Virus record (IMG/VR): IMGVR_UViG_3300031812_000267
Coordinates: 1 to 11,341 of that record
DNA: 11,341 nucleotides
From: a virus
Direction: 5' to 3' (one strand)
The notes beneath the pieces are model-generated. The model was not told the DNA's origin, did no database searches, and was given only the letters and a program-made list of their open reading frames with translations. A program made the translations under genes and the position numbers. This document shows, in pieces, positions 1 through 5,944 of this stretch (position 1 is its first letter; each line of letters starts with the position of its first letter).

Positions 1-71
1 AACGACCGCAACCACGAGTATGACGAAGAGCGACTCAGCCACGATACCACCTGTCTACCGCGTACAACATG
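1..71. repeat. Terminal overlap, copy 1 (identical to 11271..11341). Marks circular closure of an 11,270-bp replicon.
   Basis: Base-by-base comparison: aacgaccgcaaccacgagtatgacgaagagcgactcagccacgataccacctgtctaccgcgtacaacatg is present at both window ends. A small minus-strand ORF reads continuously through the junction. Confidence 0.95.
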
Positions 72-124
72 AACAACGTCACGCCGTACACAAGCAGTTG
101 CAACACAGCGCGCTCATACTCCAT
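35..124 (-). CDS. 29-aa hydrophobic peptide MEYERAVLQLLVYGVTLFMLYAVDRWYRG. Candidate pVII/pIX-like minor virion protein. Absent from the supplied ORF track.
   Basis: ATG at 124, 10 nt after the rep stop (135..137). TGA at 35..37. One TM-like core with a basic C-terminus. Mostly G/C third positions. Its stop overlaps the GTG start of the next 29-codon ORF (GTGGCTGA). Confidence 0.45.
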   Translation of the reverse strand: MEYERAVLQLLVYGVTLFMLYAVDRWYRG

Positions 125-134
125 AGCACCGATA

Positions 135-1085
135 TTAGCGCAACCGTGCGAAATCATCCAGTAGATTCCTGTCCTCCCCGGCGTTGAGAATCGACAACCA
201 CTCGTCCGAGTTCAGTAGCGCGAGTACGTCCTCATCCGCAATCTCATCCCAGCCCGACGCGGGATCAACAAAATCATACAACCGCCGCAGCCGGGGAGAC
301 ACCGTCAGATGATGGACGCCGTGCAGCGCGGCCGCATACTCGTAAATGAGGGCAGCGTCAGAGGAGGAACGATAGCGCGCGTAGTCGTAGAGCAATCCAG
401 GATAGGAGCGACCAGCGGGCACCTTGGCCGCAGGATTAGCCGTCTCAAACGCAGCACCCGCAACGCCATCGGTCGTCAAATACCGCGCGACCGCCGCCAC
501 GCCATCATGCGCCACCCGGCGGACATCGGCGCGCCAGTCTGCGCCCGCAACCTGCGACCAGCGCTCCGCAAGCGCGACGGAGACCGGAGTCAAATAGGGG
601 AGCCCGGGGGAGACAAACACGAGCGCGTGGTAGTGCGGGTGCCAGCCCGACACGCCGTGCACGACCTCGAGCGCACGAACGTTGCCGACGTAGTGCGCGC
701 CCAGCACATCACGCCATGCATTCCGAGCGTACCGCCGCCACGTATCGGCAAGCCGGTCGAGGACGACCGGGAGCGCCTCATCGCGTGCGTGGGGCACGGT
801 GTAGGTCGCCAACAGCGCCGAGCCGCCGGCGTCAACGTGCCGGCGCAGGGCCGTCTCGATCTGGCGCGCCCGGCGGATGCCGAGCGTCACACGGCAACTG
901 GGGCAGCGCCAGAAATCGCCACAGCGGTAGAGACCACTATAGGCAGCGCGCCCATCGGGAAGCCGGCGCACGACAACGCCCGACGCGCCGTAGCGGAGCG
1001 CGACGCCACAGAGGGCGAGCCGCTCGCGCGGCATGAGCGCGCGGGCGAGACGGTGGAGATAGGAGGTACACGGCACGTCGGGCAT
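135..1085 (-). CDS. rep: Rolling-circle replication initiator (HUH endonuclease, pC194/pUB110/pIJ101-like Rep_1-type)
   Basis: 316-aa ORF. Motif 1-like LLATYTVPH. HUH motif GWHPHYHALVFV. Candidate catalytic Tyr in VARYLTTDG. N-terminal Cys cluster CGDFWRCPSCRV, as seen in Rep_1-family proteins. No SD precedes the ATG at 1085. Confidence 0.8.
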   Translation of the reverse strand: MPDVPCTSYLHRLARALMPRERLALCGVALRYGASGVVVRRLPDGRAAYSGLYRCGDFWRCPSCRVTLGIRRARQIETALRRHVDAGGSALLATYTVPHARDEALPVVLDRLADTWRRYARNAWRDVLGAHYVGNVRALEVVHGVSGWHPHYHALVFVSPGLPYLTPVSVALAERWSQVAGADWRADVRRVAHDGVAAVARYLTTDGVAGAAFETANPAAKVPAGRSYPGLLYDYARYRSSSDAALIYEYAAALHGVHHLTVSPRLRRLYDFVDPASGWDEIADEDVLALLNSDEWLSILNAGEDRNLLDDFARLR

Positions 1086-1088
1086 ATC

Positions 1089-1119
1089 AATTATCAGGAA
1101 ATTATCAGCAAATTATCAT
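1089..1119. repeat. Three phased direct repeats AATTATCA(G/T) with an 11-bp period (starts 1089, 1100, 1111). A fourth ATTATCA lies at 1160..1166.
   Basis: Read directly: aattatcag gaaattatcag caaattatcat. Sits in the only strongly AT-rich stretch, between divergent rep (ATG 1085) and the plus-strand cassette (ATG 1180). On the minus strand each repeat reads TGATAAT. Confidence 0.85.
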
Positions 1120-1147
1120 TGAAATAGCATCACTCACGTCCTATACT
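1119..1147 (+). promoter_or_regulatory. Sigma-70-like promoter TTGAAA-17 nt-TATACT driving the plus-strand two-gene cassette
   Basis: TTGAAA at 1119..1124, a 17-nt spacer, TATACT at 1142..1147. About 32 nt upstream of ATG 1180, with AAGGAGG at 1167..1173. Confidence 0.6.
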
Positions 1148-1179
1148 GCAAGAAACACGATTATCAAAGGAGGACCACA

Positions 1180-1404
1180 ATGAACACACTAGAACGCCGC
1201 ACATTCGCCGCCGCACTGCGCGCGGCAAAACAGGACGCCTACTGCCGCGCAGTCGGGGGATTCGTAATCGCGCGCCTGAGTGACGGAACCATCGACTGGT
1301 TCCCCGCCGGGCAGACGCCGCACCGGGGCGGCGAGCCGGATCGGAACGCCGTAATTCTCGGGAAATGGCGCTGGAACTACCGGCGATGGTCAAGAGTAGC
1401 GTAG
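1180..1404 (+). CDS. Hypothetical 74-aa protein. First gene of the divergent plus-strand cassette.
   Basis: ATG at 1180 preceded by AAGGAGG (1167..1173, 6-nt spacer) and by the 1119..1147 promoter. I recognise no family motif. Confidence 0.7.
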   Translation: MNTLERRTFAAALRAAKQDAYCRAVGGFVIARLSDGTIDWFPAGQTPHRGGEPDRNAVILGKWRWNYRRWSRVA

Positions 1405-1418
1405 GAAAGGAGGGCGCC

Positions 1419-1658
1419 ATGACGAGCATCAAGCTGGCCGCCAGGTGGGACGGGAGTCCAATGAGTCTCACAAACCCAGACACAACATGGGTTCGACTCC
1501 TCGAGACACGCGGCATCGCGTACGCCGCACACCTCAGCGAGCCGGCGGGATGGCGGCTCGTGGTATGCGACGAGAGACGATTCACGCGAGCGCTGCACGC
1601 ACTGCGAAAATACGGAGTGTACGGAATATGTGAGTGGACATACGACATCCATCCATAA
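1419..1658 (+). CDS. Hypothetical 79-aa protein. Second gene of the plus-strand cassette. Start moved from 1365 to the ATG at 1419.
   Basis: AAGGAGG at 1407..1413 with a 5-nt spacer before ATG 1419. The upstream gene stops at 1402..1404. Same SD architecture as the first gene. Confidence 0.7.
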   Translation: MTSIKLAARWDGSPMSLTNPDTTWVRLLETRGIAYAAHLSEPAGWRLVVCDERRFTRALHALRKYGVYGICEWTYDIHP

Positions 1659-1668
1659 CCCGCTCCAA

Positions 1669-1697
1669 CCCCCGCTCCGCCTGCCGGCGGACGGGGG
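1669..1697. terminator. GC-rich hairpin between convergent genes. Candidate bidirectional intrinsic terminator without a U-tract.
   Basis: CCCCCG(c)TCCGCC tgcc GGCGGACGGGGG: two 6-bp stems, one bulged C and a 4-nt loop. Lies between the plus-strand stop (1656..1658) and the minus-strand methyltransferase stop (1713..1715). Confidence 0.5.
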
Positions 1698-1712
1698 TCA
1701 TATCCAACACAC

Positions 1713-2891
1713 CTACCGCCGCACATAGGTCAACACGACCTCACGACGCATGCGATGCTCAAGGTCATTCATCCCGGCCTGCGCCGGCGGCGGCAGATAA
1801 CGACGCGAGGGGAGAATCGGACGCGAAAAGTGAGCGACATGGTCGAACCCGAGCCGCCGAAGAATGTGCGCGATACTACGCGAATTACGTACAAAAGAGC
1901 CCCTGACGTATGAATTGCCGATAACAAACACGGCGATACCACCGCACTTCAGCACTCGATGCACTTCGCGCAGCATAGCGTCGAGGTCTGTCACGTAGCG
2001 TGCAAGAACACGGCGTTCACGCTGTGGAAAATCAGGCGGTATCTTCATGATACGGAAGATCTCATCGAGTAATTCCGGATCAGCAATATGCTCAGGCGCT
2101 CGCTCCGCGCCGATGCTGCGCTGCCGGATAGCGCGAAGATCGCGAAGTCGATAGCCAAACCAGATGAGCGCCAGCCGATGACCGCGGATATAATCGATCG
2201 CGTTCAGATACGGCGGCGACGTGATGACCGCATCGACGGTTTGAGCGTGTATGCCGGTCGCACGAGCATCACCGTATGACACATCGACCCAACCGTGTGG
2301 CGGCTCTTCTTCCAAACGACGGGCCAACCGATGAACCGACTCGAGAAATCCTTCAAAGACGCGGTAGGTATTCGTCTGAGCGACTTTGTGCGGTCGACTA
2401 TGGGAAACATCGTGCGCTAGTGAAGCGCCGCGATTCTTGGTAATAATGATCCGACTGAGCGCGACCCGCAGCGCGTCACCAATCACGTCGTTGCGCCGGT
2501 GAAGACAGGAGCTCAATTGACGCAAACGTTGTCGTTGCTCTTCTGCGAACCAGTAGACGCTGAATGCTGCCGTCTCCGCATCATCATCAATCCAGGGAAG
2601 ATCGATCCGTGCAGGGGGCAGTTCACGCGCTTCATCGACCAGTTCACGCGCTGCAACACGTAACCGTTGTGGATCGATCGGCGCCGTCCATACTCTGGTC
2701 ATCAGCACCGCCAGCGGGTCGATGTCTCGACCAAACGCACGATGACCTGCTTCAGCAGCCACCCGCACGACCGTCCCAGACCCCATCATCGGATCAAGGA
2801 CCGTCGAGCCGGGCGTGAGCGCTTCTATTGCTTTCAGAGCAATATGCGGCGCCATGCGCGCCGGAAAAGGATGAATAGGACGAGGAAGCAT
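1713..2891 (-). CDS. DNA amino-methyltransferase (N4-cytosine or N6-adenine), (S/D)PPY family, with motif I N-terminal to motif IV
   Basis: AdoMet motif I VLDPMMGSGT near the N-terminus. Catalytic motif IV VITSPPYLNAIDY about 190 aa later. LKCGGIAVFVIGNS downstream. Start set at ATG 2891 (MLPRPIHPFPARM) because GGAGGTG lies 6 nt upstream. The track start at 2909 is a GTG inside that SD. Confidence 0.85.
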   Translation of the reverse strand: MLPRPIHPFPARMAPHIALKAIEALTPGSTVLDPMMGSGTVVRVAAEAGHRAFGRDIDPLAVLMTRVWTAPIDPQRLRVAARELVDEARELPPARIDLPWIDDDAETAAFSVYWFAEEQRQRLRQLSSCLHRRNDVIGDALRVALSRIIITKNRGASLAHDVSHSRPHKVAQTNTYRVFEGFLESVHRLARRLEEEPPHGWVDVSYGDARATGIHAQTVDAVITSPPYLNAIDYIRGHRLALIWFGYRLRDLRAIRQRSIGAERAPEHIADPELLDEIFRIMKIPPDFPQRERRVLARYVTDLDAMLREVHRVLKCGGIAVFVIGNSYVRGSFVRNSRSIAHILRRLGFDHVAHFSRPILPSRRYLPPPAQAGMNDLEHRMRREVVLTYVRR

Positions 2892-2905
2892 AATACGCAC
2901 CTCCA

Positions 2906-3628
2906 TCACACATCGCAGAATCCCGCATCGCAGAAATCCTGCTGATCCGCAGACATATCCACCCTCAAAACCGTTATCTCATCCTGTCCGCGCTGCCGCC
3001 GCTCCGCATTAATCCGATCCTCGAGCACCTGCGCCATTCCCGCCAAATCCGGATACCGTTGCACCAGCGCCCACTGACTCCGAATAGACCTATAAGGACA
3101 AAACCAACAGGAGGACTTCCACGGCACGGCCAAACCCGCACGCTCAACGATCTCGCGGCACTGCCACCTGGTCAACCGACGATCGACCAGCGGGTAAACA
3201 TGCTCAATGCGCGCCGCCGACGAGTCGCGCATGCGGTGATACTCGTCGACGCTGATACCGAGCATCAGCCCGATGCGCCCAGCCGGGTACCGGCCGTACA
3301 GGTAGCGCGTCAGCGGCGCAACCTTGTACTGCCGGGTGCACTGTCTAGACAACATGAATTTCTTGCGTCTCCCATGCCACGGGACCGGCGTGAACGCCGG
3401 GTTATCGAGCATATCGCGATACATGTTGCGCTCGATAACCGTAATATCGCGCCCATGCCCCCGACGCAACCACTGCCGGAATCGCGCGACGTACTCGCGC
3501 GTCGCGGGCGACTCCGCATCGAGCAGATCGACATGCACGATCTCATCGATATCCCATCCCTCCGACATCGCCAACACGACCAGCGCCGTACTCTGGACGC
3601 CGCCGCCGTAGGAGATAACCGTCGCCAC
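2906..3628 (-). CDS. PAPS reductase / DndC-like PP-loop ATP pyrophosphatase family protein with a Cys-rich C-terminus
   Basis: PP-loop-like ISYGGGVQST at the N-terminus. CTRQYKVAPL and GISVDEYHR motifs typical of the PAPS_reduct fold. Cys residues in WQCREI, SSCWFCPY and C-terminal FCDAGFCDV. Start set at GTG 3628, preceded by GGAGGTG plus 5 nt. The stop TGA (2906..2908) lies 14 nt before the methyltransferase ATG. Confidence 0.75.
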   Translation of the reverse strand: MATVISYGGGVQSTALVVLAMSEGWDIDEIVHVDLLDAESPATREYVARFRQWLRRGHGRDITVIERNMYRDMLDNPAFTPVPWHGRRKKFMLSRQCTRQYKVAPLTRYLYGRYPAGRIGLMLGISVDEYHRMRDSSAARIEHVYPLVDRRLTRWQCREIVERAGLAVPWKSSCWFCPYRSIRSQWALVQRYPDLAGMAQVLEDRINAERRQRGQDEITVLRVDMSADQQDFCDAGFCDV

Positions 3629-3763
3629 GTAACCACCTCCAGAATAGTGTAACAACGACAGTAAGCATCAGAAAAACGCGGCGAATCGCGTATTAATTAA
3701 CAAGAATCGATACCCTCAACGCGACTCGTCCAGTACACCTACCGCTTCGCCAGTGCGCCGCTC

Positions 3764-3864
3764 GCTCGGGCCGGCGCCCTCGCTCGCGGGCGCGCTCCGC
3801 GCGCCCGAGGATGCGCCATTCGGCGCGCCGCCAATCGCGCCGCCGCTCGGGCCGGCGCCCTCGC
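3764..3864. repeat. Internal direct duplication inside the 3656..3968 intergenic region: 20-bp gctcgggccggcgccctcgc at 3764..3783 and 3845..3864
   Basis: Perfect 20-mer read twice, 81 bp apart. Copy B of the dispersed repeat carries only one, hybrid version (gccctcgctcgcagacggcgc). Confidence 0.85.
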
Positions 3865-3977
3865 AGACGGCGCGACGGCTCGTCATCCCGACAGCTCTCC
3901 CGCGCGCGCGCCGTCCGTGGCGCGTGCGGCGGCGCGCGCGCCGACGGCCGCACCCGCCCGCAGCGCGGTTACGCGCC
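3790..3977. repeat. Dispersed GC-rich non-coding repeat, copy A (homologous to 8694..8867). Contains a GC hairpin and overlaps the dcm stop codon.
   Basis: By-eye alignment with copy B. The last 59 nt (3919..3977 vs 8809..8867) match at 54/59 positions. Shared blocks: tcgcagacggcgc, tcatcccga, cgcgcgcgcgcc, gcgcgc..cgcgcgccc.agga. The indels are not multiples of 3. Inverted repeat CGCGCGCGCC(3903..3912)/GGCGCGCGCG(3931..3940). Confidence 0.85.
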
Positions 3978-4925
3978 GCGCAGACTCTCGACAATCGCCT
4001 GCATGACGGGTGGGCAGACCGCATTGCCGAGCAAGCGCATCGCGTCGGTGCGGGTGCATCCATCCAGGACGAACGACGCGGGAAACCCCATCGCGCGCCG
4101 GAGCTCATCCACCTGGAGCATGCGCATCTCATGGCCGCCGCACCGATCCGGTCGCACCAGCGCGAAATGCCCGCGCGTCGTGACCGTCCGGAGCGGCACG
4201 TCCAGCGTCTGCCACTGCGGGCCCGAGCCATAGTAGACGGACAAAAACGTCGCGTCGCGGCCCAACGCCCGGAGCGCACGCTCGACGCGCTCGATCGTCG
4301 CATGGGCGCGGCGCGGCGTACGGAGCGGCGTATACGCATATCCGTCCAGATCGATAACGCGCGCGACCGGTATACGCTCAGACGTGCGCGGCGCGATCCC
4401 GGGCGGATCCGCCTCACGGTCGCAGACGATGTAGAGCCGCCGGCGGCGCTGGGGCACGCCGAAATCGGCCGCGTCCAGGACCTGAACGCGCACACAGTAA
4501 CCCAGATGCATCAGGGCATACAGGAACGCCCAGAAACCATGCCACCGGCGCATCTGGACGACGTTTTCCACGACAATCCAGCGCGGCCGGAACACCCGCG
4601 CGAACGCCCACACGCACCACGGAAGATCCAGACTCTTCTCACACCGCGACCTGGCGCCGCGCGCCGGACTATGGTCCGTGCACGGGGGAGACGCCAGCAG
4701 CAGATCAACAGGACCGAGATCGTCACGAATGGCCCGGACATCAGACTCCGTCAGGATTGCGAGATCGCGCAGATGGAACCGCGCGCGGGGAAAATTCGCC
4801 GCATACACCCGTCCAGCGACCGGCCACACGTCAAACCCAGCGACGATCTCCACACCCGCAGCCATCGCGCCGAGCGAACTCCCACCGGCGCCGCAGAACA
4901 GGTCTATCGCCCGCATGTCATCCAT
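3969..4925 (-). CDS. dcm: DNA (cytosine-5)-methyltransferase
   Basis: All the canonical C5-MTase motifs I checked for are present in order: I DLFCGAGG, IV SPPCTDHS, VI VVENV, VIII GVPQRRRRLYIV, IX-like MLQVDELRRAMGFPASF, X GNAVCPPV. Confidence 0.93.
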   Translation of the reverse strand: MDDMRAIDLFCGAGGSSLGAMAAGVEIVAGFDVWPVAGRVYAANFPRARFHLRDLAILTESDVRAIRDDLGPVDLLLASPPCTDHSPARGARSRCEKSLDLPWCVWAFARVFRPRWIVVENVVQMRRWHGFWAFLYALMHLGYCVRVQVLDAADFGVPQRRRRLYIVCDREADPPGIAPRTSERIPVARVIDLDGYAYTPLRTPRRAHATIERVERALRALGRDATFLSVYYGSGPQWQTLDVPLRTVTTRGHFALVRPDRCGGHEMRMLQVDELRRAMGFPASFVLDGCTRTDAMRLLGNAVCPPVMQAIVESLRGA

Positions 4926-4931
4926 CGCATG

Positions 4932-5351
4932 TCATCCCTCCAGCAACCCAAAATACGCCGGCGACGCCCAAAAATGTTCGACCGCAAAATGGTCGGCGAG
5001 CGCGGGAATCGAGCACTGCGAGCGCATGATCCACCGCAGGAGCCGCCGCCGGGCACGATACACCGGATCGTCGCTCCACGCGCCATCCGGCGGCGCATCG
5101 CCATCCGCATCGTCAGCGACAACCGACAAACGCCAGACAACCTCGTACCCAGCGCCGTGGTCGGTCGCGCCGCCGGAGACAACGAGATTCCAGAAACGAA
5201 GCGCACGGTCGACGTCGGCAGGGAACGGCCCGGGTCCGGCGAACGGATCGGAGACCGCGCGGCGGGCGATACACACGACGCGCGGCAACCCGCCGGGTGG
5301 GTCAACGTCACGGGGATGCCACTCCACCGACCAGTGATGATAGACGACCAT
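4932..5351 (-). CDS. Hypothetical 139-aa protein
   Basis: ATG at 5351 immediately follows the upstream stop (TAAATG). Ends 4 nt before the dcm region. Consistent frame within a tightly packed operon. No motif recognised. Confidence 0.55.
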   Translation of the reverse strand: MVVYHHWSVEWHPRDVDPPGGLPRVVCIARRAVSDPFAGPGPFPADVDRALRFWNLVVSGGATDHGAGYEVVWRLSVVADDADGDAPPDGAWSDDPVYRARRRLLRWIMRSQCSIPALADHFAVEHFWASPAYFGLLEG

Positions 5352-5669
5352 TTAAACACCATCGGCGCCGCCCAGCGACGGATCGGCACGGTACTCCTCA
5401 ACCAAATCCAGTGCAGCCTCAACAACCCGGAGTGTGAACTCCGAGTGATACTCCCACTGGCGGTTCGCCTGGACGTAGACCGACCGAAGCACCAGCGGGG
5501 GCGCGTCCTCGCGCACACGCAGGAGCTCGACAATCGCGTACGGGTAGTAGTCGAGCTCATACGTCACACCGACGTCGATATCATCCAGCGTATCGAGCAG
5601 CGCACGGAGATGACTCGACCTCCGGTGCACAATCTGCCACAACGCATCTTCCCTGCGGGTCGGCATCAT
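5352..5669 (-). CDS. Hypothetical 105-aa protein
   Basis: The ATG at 5669 overlaps the upstream stop (ATGA), with GGAG a few nt upstream. No motif recognised. Confidence 0.6.
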   Translation of the reverse strand: MMPTRREDALWQIVHRRSSHLRALLDTLDDIDVGVTYELDYYPYAIVELLRVREDAPPLVLRSVYVQANRQWEYHSEFTLRVVEAALDLVEEYRADPSLGGADGV

Positions 5670-5944
5670 CTCACTCCTTCGTCGACGTATAGTTTGATCA
5701 CCGGCCTACCGGAGCCATCGCGCGCGAACTGGAGCCGCGCGGGGAACGCGACCACCTCGCCGCGCGCGTAGTCCGGCGAGTCGACAAACACGTCGTAGCC
5801 GTCAACCGAACACAGAACGGCCTCACCAACAACCAGATCACCAAACACCGTTACCACGCGGAACAACTTGCCATTCTTGCGCGACGTGAATTCCCTGTAC
5901 GCGGCCACCATGCCGCGCAGGACCAAACGGTTATCCGTCGCCAT
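5666..5944 (-). CDS. Candidate OB-fold ssDNA-binding protein (gene V analogue), 92 aa
   Basis: Size matches inovirus gVp (about 87 aa). N-terminal NRLVLRGMVAAYREFTSRKNGKLFRVVTVFG resembles the SSB-like pattern of a beta-strand, then a G, then basic residues, then a second strand. GGGAGG sits 6 nt before the ATG. Assignment made by eye only. Confidence 0.5.
   Translation of the reverse strand: MATDNRLVLRGMVAAYREFTSRKNGKLFRVVTVFGDLVVGEAVLCSVDGYDVFVDSPDYARGEVVAFPARLQFARDGSGRPVIKLYVDEGVR

Noticed and set aside
1-71. Terminal repeats as att sites of an integrated prophage, or as LTR/DTR of a linear genome
   Set aside because: No sequence lies outside the repeats, an ORF reads through the join, and the gene content is that of a circular ssDNA/RCR element. 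An assembly overlap of a circle is the simplest reading.
309-1127. 272-aa plus-strand ORF, and the nested ORFs 590..835, 716..1036 and 887..1090
   Set aside because: They are antisense or out of frame to the Rep gene, which carries ordered HUH motifs. Their composition is Arg-rich and featureless.
1425-1435. CTTGATG (and CTTGATC near 2790) on the minus strand as pC194-type nick sites
   Set aside because: Each is a single near-match to a 7-mer inside a coding region, which is expected by chance. Only the TTTGATAAT next to rep has supporting context, and even that is weak.
1130-1726. 198-aa minus-strand ORF covering the plus-strand cassette
   Set aside because: It would run through the terminator hairpin, both plus-strand genes and the promoter region. 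It has no SD, whereas the two plus-strand ORFs each have a perfect AAGGAGG at ideal spacing.
3684-3712. XerC/D dif-like attachment site at the TTAATTAA palindrome (the integration route used by several inoviruses)
   Set aside because: I could not align the flanks to the conserved dif arms (for example the ...CATAA / TTATG... half sites). The repeats here are direct (GAATCG), not inverted arms around a 6-bp core.
3753-5771. Longest ORF in the window (672 aa, plus strand)
   Set aside because: It runs antisense to five well-supported minus-strand genes, including the motif-complete C5 methyltransferase. Its Arg/Pro/Ala-rich low-complexity translation is what an out-of-frame read of GC-rich coding DNA produces. 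It has no SD.
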